The position numbers and the translations under genes are program-made. The notes below the pieces were generated by a model, which did no database searches, was not told the DNA's origin, and worked only from the letters and a program-made list of their open reading frames with translations. Shown here piece after piece: positions 39,508 through 49,099 of a DNA stretch of 59,937 nucleotides. Each line of letters opens with the position of its first letter. The first letter of the stretch is position 1. The DNA comes from Actinomycetes bacterium (GTDB lineage: Bacteria > Actinomycetota > Actinomycetes > Actinomycetales > Dermatophilaceae): positions 1 to 59,937 of the forward strand of contig JAEXXY010000035.1 of NCBI GenBank assembly GCA_023451855.1, written 5' to 3'.

Positions 39508-39534
39508 TGCACGGATTCTGCACGGATTCGCACG
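39508..39534. repeat. 11-bp direct repeat in a divergent promoter region
   Basis: TGCACGGATTC TGCACGGATTC GCACG. Confidence 0.7.
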
Positions 39535-39715
39535 CGTCACCGGCGGCCCGCGGAGCGCCGGCCCTCCATCGAACCGTGCGCCGACTGGGCGGCGCCATCG
39601 GCAGAACGCCCCATACGGAGGCGGCTTCGTATCTTTTGGCCATCTCCTCTCGTTTTCTCGTATATCGAGCCCGCTCGCCCTTGCAGGGCTCGTCGAGCAC
39701 TCATAGGAGATCCGT

Positions 39716-42700
39716 GTGAACAGCACCCGCACGCGCGTCCTCGCCGTTGGACTGTGCGTCTTCACCGCGGCGGCCGGGGCGCCGCTTGCAGCGGCGACGA
39801 CGACGTCGGCCGCCGCCCCGGTCAGCAACACGCTGACCAACACCCTCACCGACACCGTTTCCGACCTCCAGGGGGTGCTGGACACCCGAGCGGTCAAGGC
39901 ACCGGTCCTGCCCACGAGCGCGGCCCGCGGCGCAGTGGCCGCCCTGCTCAAGTCGGCCGGCGCCGGGGCTCGCGCGTCGTGGGACCCGAAGTTCGGGACC
40001 CTGCGCTCACTCCGGGCCACGGGCCACGTGTCGGCGCCCCGCACCGGCGCTGCCGTCGATGTCGCACGCAGCTGGCTCGCGTCCCAACCCGCCGCCTTCG
40101 GCCTCACCGGCTCCCAGGTGCAGGCGCTCGCGGTGGCTCGCGACCACGTCCTGCCCGGCACGGGCACGCACGTCGTGAGCTTCGTCCAGACCTTCGCGGG
40201 TGCTCCTGCCGCGCGCGGTGGCCGGCTCAACGTGGCCGTCGCGTCCGACGGGCGCGTCCTGTCGTACGCCGGCGAGTCGGCCCCGGGCACCACGCTCGTC
40301 GGCACGTGGGTGCTGGGCGAGGCAGCAGCGCTCGTCAAGGTCGCGAGTGCGCTCGCCCCCGGGACGGCGTACGCCCCGACCGCCACCGGCACGCAGGCCG
40401 GCTTCACCACCTTCGGGCGCGGCCCGTTCGCGGGACCCGGCTACGTCCGCAAGGTCGCCTTCCCGACCCGCACCGGCCCGGTCGCCGCGTACAAGGTCTT
40501 CTTCCTCAAGAGCCAGAGCGAAGCCTGGGAGGTCATCGTCGACGCCACCACGGGCGCGGTGCTCCACCGCGTCAGCGTCGTGCAGTCCGAGGATGCCCAC
40601 GGCACCGTCTACGACAACTACCCCGGCGCCGCCAACGGCGGGCAGCCGCGCCAGCAGTCGTTCGGGCCCACCGCCGAGTCCCCGAAGGGCTGGGTCGACC
40701 TGACCGGCGCCACGGGCACCGGCGTCACGACGCTGGGAAACAACGCCGACACCTACGCGAACTGGTCGAACTTCATCGCGCCGGTGGACAACGCGCCCCG
40801 GCCGGTCGCGCCGACCGGTGCGTTCGACTACGCGTACGCCAACCGCTGGGCCGCGACCAAGGGCCAGACGGTGCCCCCGTCCTACGCCGACGACCTCAAC
40901 GCAGCGGCGACCAACCTCTTCTTCCAGCACAACCGGATCCACGACGAGTACTACGCGCTCGGGTTCACCGAGACGGCCGGCAACTTCCAGACCGACAACG
41001 GTGGCAAGGGCGGTCAGGGCGGCGACGCCGTCCGCGGCCTCGTCCAGGCGGGTGCCGCCTCCGGCGGTGCGCCGACCTACACCGGTCGGGACAACGCCTA
41101 CATGCTGACGCTGGACGACGGCATCCCCCCGTGGAGCGGCATGTTTCTCTGGGAGCCCATCAATGACGCGTTCGAGGGCCCCTATCGCGACGGGTCGTTC
41201 GACATGTCGGTGATCCAGCACGAGTACACCCACGGCCTGTCCAACCGCTACGTCGCAGGCGGCGCGGGGCTCGCCTCCCAGCAGGCCGGGTCGATGGGCG
41301 AGGGCTGGTCCGACTGGTACGCCCTGAACCACGGCTTCAAGGCCGGGCTGCTCACGAAGCCGATCGTCGGCGACTACGTGACGGGCAACGCCACCCGCGG
41401 CATCCGCAACTGGAACTACGACCAGAACCCCACCACCTTCGGCGACATCGGCTACGACCTGACCGGGCCGGAGGTGCACGCCGACGGGGAGATCTGGACC
41501 GCGACGCTGTGGGACCTGCGCAAGGCGCTCGTCGCCCGCTACGGCGCCCCCAAGGGCGCCGACGTCGCCGCGCGGCTCGTCACCGACGGCATGCCGCTGA
41601 CGGCGCCGAACCCGTCGTTCCTCGATGCCCGAGACGGCATCCTGTCCGCGGACCTGGACCGCAACCACGGCGACAACACCGCCCTGATCTGGTCGGTCTT
41701 CGCCAAGCGCGGAGCCGGCGTCTCGGCCTCGAGCAACACCGGGGACGACACCGACCCCAAGCCCGCCTTCGACGTCCCCGCCTCCTCCGGCAACGGCACG
41801 GTGGCCCTGACCCTGGTCAACGCGACGACCGGGCAGCCGATCCGCGGCGCCAAGGTCATCCTCGGCCGGTTCGAGGCGCGGGTGTCGCCGCTCGCACGGA
41901 CCGGCTCCACCGGTGGTGCGGCCATCAAGGCCGTGGCCGGCACGTACCCGCTGACGATCCAGGCGCCCGGGTTCGGGACCCAGACCGTCGACGGGTTCGC
42001 GGTGACGGCGGGCAAGAACGTCGCCAAGAAGATCTCGCTCGCCCCGAACCTCGCCTCGACCGCCGCCGGCGCACAGGTCGTCTCGGTGTCCAGCCAGGAC
42101 GACGGCGCGCCTGCGAAGTTCGCGTTCGACGACACGGCGGCCTCGGTCTGGTCCACCAAGGCCGGCAGCACGGCCTACAACGCCGGTCCGGACCAGCGGG
42201 TCACCGTCAAGCTCGCCGCCCCCGCGACGGTCAGCTCGCTGCGGGTCAGCGCCTACAAGGCCACCAACGCCTCACGCTTCGCGGCCCTCAAGGGGTTCAC
42301 GGTCCAGACCTCCCTCGACGGGGTCACCTGGACGACCGCACGCACCGGCGCCTTCGGCTACCAGGCCCCCCGCCCGACCGCCCCGGACCTCAACTACACG
42401 ACCTTCACCCTCGCGACGCCGACGAAGGCGGCCTACCTCCGCTTCTTCGTCGACTCCGTCCAGGGCGACACCACGACCTACGCCCAGGTCGCGGAGATCG
42501 AGGCGTTCGGGTCCGGTGCCACCGTGGCCAACGGCACCGTCACCCCCGACGCGCCCTACACCGACCACGGCACCATCACGGCCAACAACCCGGCCGCGGG
42601 CGACCCCACCGGGCTGCAGAACGTCTACGGGGTCACCGGCACCGAGCTGAACACGACCTGCGCCTTCCCCCCGGCATCGCAAGGCGTCGACGGCTGGGTC

Positions 42701-42952
42701 AGCAAGCTGCCCGCCGGCTTCTCCGACGGGCTGCACTCGGTGACGGTCAAGGGCACCAGCCCCCTGGACGACACCGTCGGCCACGACCTGGACCTGTACT
42801 TCCTGGACAGCTCCTGCCAGCCGACCGGGTCGGCCGCGACCTCCGCCGCCGACGAGTCCGCCGTCATTCCGCCCGGCTCGGTGTACGTCCTGTCCCAGCT
42901 CTACACCGGTGCCAACGTGACGGTCGACCTCACGGCCGTCGACAACCGCTGA
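39716..42952 (+). CDS. secreted M36 (fungalysin-like) metallopeptidase with C-terminal accessory domains
   Basis: Signal peptide, propeptide-like region, GFTETAGNFQ, HEYTHG, GEGWSD, EVHADGE; discoidin-like and DLDLY (PPC-like) C-terminal modules. Confidence 0.9.
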   Translation: MNSTRTRVLAVGLCVFTAAAGAPLAAATTTSAAAPVSNTLTNTLTDTVSDLQGVLDTRAVKAPVLPTSAARGAVAALLKSAGAGARASWDPKFGTLRSLRATGHVSAPRTGAAVDVARSWLASQPAAFGLTGSQVQALAVARDHVLPGTGTHVVSFVQTFAGAPAARGGRLNVAVASDGRVLSYAGESAPGTTLVGTWVLGEAAALVKVASALAPGTAYAPTATGTQAGFTTFGRGPFAGPGYVRKVAFPTRTGPVAAYKVFFLKSQSEAWEVIVDATTGAVLHRVSVVQSEDAHGTVYDNYPGAANGGQPRQQSFGPTAESPKGWVDLTGATGTGVTTLGNNADTYANWSNFIAPVDNAPRPVAPTGAFDYAYANRWAATKGQTVPPSYADDLNAAATNLFFQHNRIHDEYYALGFTETAGNFQTDNGGKGGQGGDAVRGLVQAGAASGGAPTYTGRDNAYMLTLDDGIPPWSGMFLWEPINDAFEGPYRDGSFDMSVIQHEYTHGLSNRYVAGGAGLASQQAGSMGEGWSDWYALNHGFKAGLLTKPIVGDYVTGNATRGIRNWNYDQNPTTFGDIGYDLTGPEVHADGEIWTATLWDLRKALVARYGAPKGADVAARLVTDGMPLTAPNPSFLDARDGILSADLDRNHGDNTALIWSVFAKRGAGVSASSNTGDDTDPKPAFDVPASSGNGTVALTLVNATTGQPIRGAKVILGRFEARVSPLARTGSTGGAAIKAVAGTYPLTIQAPGFGTQTVDGFAVTAGKNVAKKISLAPNLASTAAGAQVVSVSSQDDGAPAKFAFDDTAASVWSTKAGSTAYNAGPDQRVTVKLAAPATVSSLRVSAYKATNASRFAALKGFTVQTSLDGVTWTTARTGAFGYQAPRPTAPDLNYTTFTLATPTKAAYLRFFVDSVQGDTTTYAQVAEIEAFGSGATVANGTVTPDAPYTDHGTITANNPAAGDPTGLQNVYGVTGTELNTTCAFPPASQGVDGWVSKLPAGFSDGLHSVTVKGTSPLDDTVGHDLDLYFLDSSCQPTGSAATSAADESAVIPPGSVYVLSQLYTGANVTVDLTAVDNR

Positions 42953-42962
42953 TCCCGACGTT

Positions 42963-43000
42963 CCCGGTCGGCGCCTCCTGCACGGGAGGCGCCGACCGGG
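42963..43000. terminator. hairpin terminator
   Basis: Perfect 16-bp stem CCCGGTCGGCGCCTCC / GGAGGCGCCGACCGGG with a 6-nt loop, just after the M36 stop. Confidence 0.85.
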
Positions 43001-43082
43001 CGGCGCGAGGGCACCTCCCGGATCGGCACCTCCCGGATCGCACCCGACACCACGTCTGAGACCTCTGTGGGGCGCTCGTCGG

Positions 43083-43931
43083 TCAGAGCATCTCGAGCGC
43101 TTGGGGTCGGCGGGGCGGCGGGAAGGCCTCGTCGAGAAGGAGTAGCTCCCGATCGGTGAGACGCAGGGCGACCGCTGCCCGGTTCTCCAGGACGTGCTCT
43201 TTCCTGCCGGCACGCGGGATCACGTTCACACCGTCCCGGGTCATCAGCCAGGCAAGCGCGACCTGCGCCGGGGTGGCCCCATGCTGGTCCGCGATCGCGA
43301 TGATCACGGGATGGCGGAGCAGGCGGCCCTGCTCGATCGGCGAGTAGGCCATCACCGGGATGCCCTGCTCCTGCAGGGTCGGCAGCAGGTCGTACTCGAT
43401 ACCCCGGCGGGTGAGGTTGTAGAGCACCTGGTCGGTCTGGACCGCCTGCCCGCCGGGGACGCTCAGCAGCTCGGCCATGTCGCGGGTGTCGAAGTTGCTG
43501 ACGCCCCAGTACCGGATCAGGCCCATCCCGACCAACTCCTCGAAGGCGCGCACTGTCTGCTCGAGCGGCACCGGGCCACGCCAGTGCAGCAGGTACAGGT
43601 CGAGCCGATCGGTGCCGAGCCGGCCAAGGCTCTGGCGACACGCCTCGATGGTGTCCGCGTACGACGCGTGTGAGGGCAGCACCTTGCTGACCAGGAACAC
43701 CTCGTCCCGCCGTCCGGAGATCGCCTCGCCGACAAGCATCTCGGCCGCACCGTTGCCGTACATCTCGGCGGTGTCGATCAAGGTGAGCCCGCCGTCGATG
43801 CCCAGGCGCAGGGCCTGGAGCTCCGACGCCCGTCGGGCGGGATTCTCGCCGAGGTACCACGTGCCGAGGCCCATCACGGGAATGGATTCCCCGGCGGGCA
43901 GTCGGACCGTCGGGATCGGCTGGGTCGACAT
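43083..43931 (-). CDS. aldo/keto reductase
   Basis: GLGTW, IDTAEMYG, SKV, LYLLHW, GVSNF, AYSP. Confidence 0.92.
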   Translation of the reverse strand: MSTQPIPTVRLPAGESIPVMGLGTWYLGENPARRASELQALRLGIDGGLTLIDTAEMYGNGAAEMLVGEAISGRRDEVFLVSKVLPSHASYADTIEACRQSLGRLGTDRLDLYLLHWRGPVPLEQTVRAFEELVGMGLIRYWGVSNFDTRDMAELLSVPGGQAVQTDQVLYNLTRRGIEYDLLPTLQEQGIPVMAYSPIEQGRLLRHPVIIAIADQHGATPAQVALAWLMTRDGVNVIPRAGRKEHVLENRAAVALRLTDRELLLLDEAFPPPRRPQALEML

Positions 43932-44042
43932 CAGGGTGCTCCGTCGCGCTCGGATTGCGGGTCTCGAGACCGCCACGTCCGATGAGCAGGAGCTCGACGA
44001 CACGTGGACCTCCATTGCACCGCCCGAGGGGAGACGACCGCT

Positions 44043-44060
44043 ATCGGCAGACCTGCCGAT
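44043..44060. promoter_or_regulatory. palindromic site upstream of the ABM gene
   Basis: ATCGGCAG-AC-CTGCCGAT (8-bp inverted repeat), 23 nt before TAGTGT. Confidence 0.5.
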
Positions 44061-44118
44061 GCCGCCTCCGCACCTTCGGGCCGTAGTGTCGAGTGCATCC
44101 CGACGAGAGGACCCGTCC

Positions 44119-44415
44119 ATGACCATCGACCGAGGACTGCTGGCGATCTTGAAAGCCAAGCCCGGCAAGGGGGATGAGCTCGGAGCTTTCCTGAAGCAGG
44201 GCCGCGAGCTCGCGGCCCAGGAAGAGGGCACGGTCAACTGGTACGCATTCCGGCTCGACGACACGACGTACGGGATCTTCGACACCTTCGAGAGCGAGGA
44301 GGCGCGCCAGGCCCACGTGAACGGCCAGATCCCGGCGGCACTCCAGCAGGTTGCCTCGGACCTTCTTGCCGAAGCAGCCGACATCAAGCCGATCGACGTG
44401 CTCGCCGTCAAGTAG
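44119..44415 (+). CDS. antibiotic biosynthesis monooxygenase (ABM) family protein
   Basis: L.AKPGK, E.GT..WYA, YGIFDTF..E..R.AH..G.I. Confidence 0.85.
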   Translation: MTIDRGLLAILKAKPGKGDELGAFLKQGRELAAQEEGTVNWYAFRLDDTTYGIFDTFESEEARQAHVNGQIPAALQQVASDLLAEAADIKPIDVLAVK

Positions 44416-44490
44416 CCGCGGGCCGGTGCTGCCGACCGGTCGCTGTCCGCGCGGGCGTCTATATGTGGGCACTACGGGTATTTCGGCCCC

Positions 44491-45489
44491 ATGGAACCTG
44501 TTCGCGTCGGCCTTGTCGCCGACCCGGCCCAGCCCACTGAGATCGCGCGCCGGATGGGCGACCGTGGCGCGCCGGACGGCGAGGATCGCCAGGCTTGGAA
44601 CATCGAGGTGCTCAGTGAGCCGTTCACCCTCGCTTGCGAGGATGTGGACACCGCACTGTCACGGTTGACGGCCCGCGCCGAGGAACATGAGTGGGACCTC
44701 GTCGTCGGCGTCACCGAACTTCCGCTTCAAGGCGACGACGGCCGTTATCTGTTGATCGAGAGTGACTCGCATCGACAGACGGCGGTGCTGTCCTTGCCCG
44801 CGCTGGGCGGCCTTCACATGCACGCCCGCAGCAGGCGCACCCTGAGTGATCTCGTCGGCAGGATGGCGGACCCCGACTCGCAAAGCAGTCACCGTGTGCA
44901 GCTGCCTCGCCGCAGTGGCCGCTGGCGGTTGCTTCTAGGGATGGTGCTTGCCAATCGCCCGTGGCTGCTTGTGCCGGGACTCAAGTCGGCGTTGGTCGCG
45001 GCCGTCACCACGGGCGGGATTGCCACCATCAACTCCACGGTGTGGCAGCTGGCCGGGTCGCTGTCCTGGTGGCGACTGGCGATCGCGACGGTCGTCTCGA
45101 GCGCGCTCGTCGTCGGTTGGCTCGTGATCGACGGCAAGCTCTGGGACCGCCCGGACGACGACTCAACACAAGCGCGGGAGAGGTCACGGCTCTACAACAC
45201 CTCCACGCTGGCGACCCTGTCGGTGGGGGTGATCATCTGCTACATCGCCCTCTATGTCCTCAACCTGGTGTGGGCATTGTTCGTGCTCGACCCCGCCGTG
45301 ATGAGCCGCAACACCCGCACGCCCATGGGGTACGGCGACCTGTTCCTGCTGGCCTGGTTCGTGGCGTCGGTCGCGACCGTCGGCGGTGCGTTGGGCAGCA
45401 GTCTGGAGTCGGATGAGGCGATCCGCGCGGCCGCGTACTCCAAGCGGGAGGAGGAGCGGCGCAACCGGCTCGCGGACGCCCGCACGTGA
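44491..45489 (+). CDS. conserved hypothetical membrane protein
   Basis: GMV.ANRPW, RLYN, GALGSSLE.DE..R.AAY..R; GTCT-N15-GGGTA promoter-like site upstream. Confidence 0.75.
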   Translation: MEPVRVGLVADPAQPTEIARRMGDRGAPDGEDRQAWNIEVLSEPFTLACEDVDTALSRLTARAEEHEWDLVVGVTELPLQGDDGRYLLIESDSHRQTAVLSLPALGGLHMHARSRRTLSDLVGRMADPDSQSSHRVQLPRRSGRWRLLLGMVLANRPWLLVPGLKSALVAAVTTGGIATINSTVWQLAGSLSWWRLAIATVVSSALVVGWLVIDGKLWDRPDDDSTQARERSRLYNTSTLATLSVGVIICYIALYVLNLVWALFVLDPAVMSRNTRTPMGYGDLFLLAWFVASVATVGGALGSSLESDEAIRAAAYSKREEERRNRLADART

Positions 45490-45569
45490 AGACAAGAGCT
45501 GCTCAGATGGGCATATGCGGGCTTGCCCTTGACGCCCGCGTCCGCTGCGCAGGGGGCCCGCGTCAGGAC

Positions 45570-46085
45570 TCAGCCAGAGAGAGCAGTGCAGAACGCGTCC
45601 AGCCCGCGGCTCGTCCCCACATCGGGCACGACGACGAACGAGAGGTCGGAAGCGAGATTGTCGACTCGCCCGGCGGAGAAGAACGTCGAGCCATCGGGCA
45701 GCGGAACCTTCTCCAGAATCCCTGCCGTGGTCTGCTTCACGATGTTGCCCTGCAGGTCCTGCTCGCCGGTGAAGTGGTAGCTGTACGGATACGACGTCAG
45801 GCTGACGCCATTGGCCGTGAACGTGTCCACCTCGCGGGCGCTCACCTGGAACAGCGTCCCGTTGGCGGTCTGACGGAACGAGATCGTGACCTGCCGCGAT
45901 AGATGGGCACCGATGGGAAACGCGCAGATGTCGGTGGTGACGACGTCGTCGGAGTCGGCCGTGTGGATGACTGTGGCGTTCGGCTCGGCGGTCGCCGTCG
46001 CTGCAGCGCCCAGAAGCAGGGCCAGGGCAGCGCCGCTGGCGGTGAGTGTGCGGGCGGGGTGCTTGGGCGAGTTGAGCTTGCGCAT
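45570..46085 (-). CDS. hypothetical secreted protein
   Basis: GGAGG RBS; signal peptide ending ATA; DIC.FP ... FC.AL Cys pair. Confidence 0.7.
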   Translation of the reverse strand: MRKLNSPKHPARTLTASGAALALLLGAAATATAEPNATVIHTADSDDVVTTDICAFPIGAHLSRQVTISFRQTANGTLFQVSAREVDTFTANGVSLTSYPYSYHFTGEQDLQGNIVKQTTAGILEKVPLPDGSTFFSAGRVDNLASDLSFVVVPDVGTSRGLDAFCTALSG

Positions 46086-46286
46086 GTCCACCTCCATGGA
46101 GAGGTCGCGCTCGACGGCTCCAGATGGCCACCGGCGTGCGCGGCCCTTCGGAAACTCCCCCAACCAGCCAGCGTAGGCCGGAAGGCCGAGTCTCTCAGCG
46201 GAATGGGCTGACTCGGCGAGCCGCATCCCAGCCGTCCCGACGGGTGTCTCCCGGCGATGTGAGAGGCGGCTTGAGAGACTTGACGG

Positions 46287-46718
46287 ATGACAGCAGCTGA
46301 CCGTGACCGGGACGCCCGAGGTCGCGCTCGCCAGGCACGGCCTCGCGATGCCCTCGGCCGACCGCTTGCCTACGGCGCGCAAGGTGTCGAGCCGGTGTCG
46401 GAGGAGCCCTTGCCTCCTGAAGAGACGCTCACCGTGGCCCGGCAGCTCGTGGCGTCAGGTCGTCCGTTCTCCGCCCACGAGGTCCTGGAGGCGCGGTGGA
46501 AGGCGGGACCGGTCGAGGAACGGGACCTGTGGCAGGGGTTGGCGCAGGTCTGTGTCGGCATGACTCATGCGGCTCGTGGGAATCGGGTTGGCGCAGAACG
46601 GCTTTTCGATCGCGCTGCGGGCCGGCTGGCGGCGTTCGCTGCAACCGGACGACGGAGTTATGGCGTTGACCTGGAAGCGGTCGTGCGGAGCGCACGAGGT
46701 CACGTCGGAAGGTTTTAG
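46287..46718 (+). CDS. DUF309 domain protein
   Basis: RPRDALGRPL, PFSAHEVLEARWK, WQGLAQ.CVG.TH..RGN. Confidence 0.88.
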   Translation: MTAADRDRDARGRARQARPRDALGRPLAYGAQGVEPVSEEPLPPEETLTVARQLVASGRPFSAHEVLEARWKAGPVEERDLWQGLAQVCVGMTHAARGNRVGAERLFDRAAGRLAAFAATGRRSYGVDLEAVVRSARGHVGRF

Positions 46719-46928
46719 GCACAGGCCACGACGCGGCGATGTGAGGCGGCGGGGGCGTTAGGGCCCGGCAGCCGCCTCGTCTCTGAGCGGTGGCGGAATC
46801 GAGTCACGAGAAGCATCAGGCGCTCGGTGGCCTTCGTGCAAGAACTCCTGCTCCGGGGTAGGGACGTCGCGACACAACCCGACGACGCATCTCGGCCACG
46901 GCCACTGCGCCACCAGAAAGGGAACCGC

Positions 46929-47378
46929 ATGTCCGGAGTCATCACTCTGATCAAAGACGACCACCGCAAGCTCGAGTCGGTCTTCAAGCAGCTTGAGTCG
47001 GCGGAGCCCGAGCAGGTGCCTGAACTGCTTAAGCAGGTCGCCGAACTGCTGATCCCTCATTCCAAGGCCGAGGAGGAAGTCGTCTACCCGGCGATCAAGG
47101 CCGCGGCCCCGGACGAGAGCGAAGACATCGACGACGGGCTCGCGGAGCACCACCATGTCGAGGCCACGCTCGAGCAGCTCCTTTCATCAGACCCCAGCGC
47201 CCCCGGGGTCGACGGCCTCATCGCCGCCATGATCGGTGAGGTCCGTCATCACGTCGAGGAGGAAGAAGAGGAAATCCTTCCGGCTTTCGCCGACGCCGTG
47301 AGCAACCAAGACCTCGGTGAGCTCGGAGAGCGCTTCACCGCCGCCAAGGACCGCGCTCTCGCGCAGCGGCGGTCCTGA
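46929..47378 (+). CDS. hemerythrin/HHE domain protein
   Basis: DDH, HSKAEEEVVYP, EH, HHVEEEE; GAAAGG RBS. Confidence 0.88.
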   Translation: MSGVITLIKDDHRKLESVFKQLESAEPEQVPELLKQVAELLIPHSKAEEEVVYPAIKAAAPDESEDIDDGLAEHHHVEATLEQLLSSDPSAPGVDGLIAAMIGEVRHHVEEEEEEILPAFADAVSNQDLGELGERFTAAKDRALAQRRS

Positions 47379-47586
47379 CGCGCCGCCTGGTAGCGCCGCG
47401 CTCAAGAGTGGAGCCAGCCTTCGTCCTGGCACCAGGTGACTGAAGGCCAGCCAAGCTCCCGTGACAGCAGCCGTCGAGAGCGCGGCGCTGGGGGAGCGGG
47501 GTGGTGGTCCGGACCCGTGCGACCGCCACCCCGCCACCCATGACCCACCCTCGCCGTGAGGCTGAGCCCCCCCGTTCCGGCCCGTG

Positions 47587-47790
47587 CTAGAAGCCGAGCT
47601 TGTCGCCGATGCCACCGAGCCCTCCGGCGCCACCGAGCAACTCCTGAGGATTGATGCCCAAGCGCCCCAGCAGGTCAGCGTGCTGATCGGTATCGACCTG
47701 GTCCGGGAGCTGGCCTTCGGCCTGTTGCGCCTTGTCCTGCTCACCGCGGCTCTTCAGGAACTCGATGATCTGCTGCTTGTCGATCTGCAT
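47587..47790 (-). CDS. small conserved hypothetical protein
   Basis: MQIDKQQI...LPDQVDTD..A.LL.RLGI.P; AAGGAG RBS. Confidence 0.75.
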   Translation of the reverse strand: MQIDKQQIIEFLKSRGEQDKAQQAEGQLPDQVDTDQHADLLGRLGINPQELLGGAGGLGGIGDKLGF

Positions 47791-48055
47791 CTTCATCTCC
47801 TTCGGTGTCCCGCTCGGTGCGGTCCTACTGCAGGTACCCACTGATGCGACGCGAGATGGCCCCCCTGACCCAACCTCCTGCTCAGCGAGCTCACGACCCA
47901 GCGGTTCGCCTTCCTTCGGTCTGAGGGCCCCGTCCGTAGCGGGGAGTCGTAACGGGGACATGGTCCGCTCGTTATTCAAAGCACTACTTGACTGTCATCG
48001 CGCAAACTGCAGCCGACAATCAGGCTGCTCCGCAGCCAATGGGAATCATCTGGAC

Positions 48056-48262
48056 ATGGACGACGAACAGACGCTGTTTGCCAATTGGATCGCCGCTCGA
48101 GACGCGTACGACGAGCACCTCCAGCGTCTGTTCATGCCCCCGACTGGTCGGAAGCCCGAACGACCCAGTCCCGAAGTGCTCGAGGAGGCCGGCCGGCTGC
48201 GGGAACTGGAAGAGGTAACTCGGCTGCGGTACTACGCGAGTCGAGGTTTGAGCGGCACCTGA
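48056..48262 (+). CDS. small hypothetical protein
   Basis: 68-aa helical-looking ORF MDDEQTLFANW... Confidence 0.45.
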   Translation: MDDEQTLFANWIAARDAYDEHLQRLFMPPTGRKPERPSPEVLEEAGRLRELEEVTRLRYYASRGLSGT

Positions 48263-48300
48263 CCGCAGGTCAGGCCGCCGCTCGAGGGGGTGGGAGCGAG

Positions 48301-48366
48301 GTGAAGCGGTTGTGTGAGCTCGTCGAGATCGAACGCCCGTCGTTCTACCCGTGGAAGGCCGCGGCT
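48301..48366 (+). mobile_element. IS3-family transposase OrfB N-terminal relic
   Basis: Translates VKRLCELVEIERPSFYPWKAAA, resembling the OrfB start (V..LC......RS.YY.W); the frame then degenerates. Confidence 0.6.
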
Positions 48367-48646
48367 GTCAGACGCTTGCGACATAGACGATGAGGTGGAG
48401 GTATCCCTTTCCATCTGGCGGCCAATAGACCTGGACACTCCAGGTACTTAATTTGCCCCTTATGGCGGAATTGTCCACGCCAAGGCGCCGAAAAACGGGT
48501 GGGATCGCGTTCCGGCGGCGTTGTCGACGGTTTGTGCTGGGTACGGTCGGTCACGACCCCTACTGGGTGCCTGCAAGCCCTCCCAGATCACCGTCCGAAG
48601 GCACCTCCAGGCCGGGTTGGGGTCCTCTCACGAAAGGGTGGCCCTC

Positions 48647-48865
48647 ATGAGCCAATCGCTCATCACCGCCGAGATGCTGGACGACGCAGCAGAGACCCTC
48701 AAGGGTCACAAGGTCCGCAGGGGCAGGTGCAGCTGCGGCTCGACGACCCCCTCGACGGCCTCCTACCAGCGCCACCAGGCCGAGGTCGTGGCCGAGGCCA
48801 TCGCGCCAGCGCTCGTTGCCGACATCATGCAACTGGTCACGACGGTGGCCAAGGCCGCTTCGTGA
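48647..48865 (+). CDS. small hypothetical protein with H-x6-CxCG...H motif (phage-like)
   Basis: GAAAGG RBS; GHKVRRGRCSCG...HQAEV; GTTG-N15-GGGTA upstream. Confidence 0.55.
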   Translation: MSQSLITAEMLDDAAETLKGHKVRRGRCSCGSTTPSTASYQRHQAEVVAEAIAPALVADIMQLVTTVAKAAS

Positions 48866-49050
48866 CCGAACTGGACGACCCGGCGCAGTGCCCGGTGTGC
48901 ACCTACACGCGCGCGTGTCTTGGATGGCCGGCTTGGCTGAGGCCCAGGCTCGTTCAGGCACGTGCGGACCGTTGGGCAGGTTCTCCGACTCTGCCAAGCG
49001 GCCACTCCCGGCTGGGGGTGCCACGCGCTGCCGCCCCTGGCCGCTGTTGA
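48862..49050 (+). CDS. small hypothetical protein with CPVC motif
   Basis: GTGA overlap with the preceding stop; C-terminal half looks low quality. Confidence 0.3.
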   Translation: MTELDDPAQCPVCTYTRACLGWPAWLRPRLVQARADRWAGSPTLPSGHSRLGVPRAAAPGRC

Positions 49051-49099
49051 GGGCTCTCCTATGCCCGACCCGAGCCTGCCTGCTTCCCGCCGCGACGCC

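Noticed and set aside
39451..40410. Apparent 780-aa DUF2254 fusion
   Set aside because: The extension is antisense to the M36 gene and runs through the promoter region; the real start is probably GTG 39450.
43010..43040. 15-bp tandem duplication GGCACCTCCCGGATC as an island attachment site
   Set aside because: No matching copy found near 58.4 kb and no integrase; likely slippage.
43932..44411. N-terminal extension of the aldo/keto reductase
   Set aside because: Antisense to the ABM gene; not part of the AKR fold.
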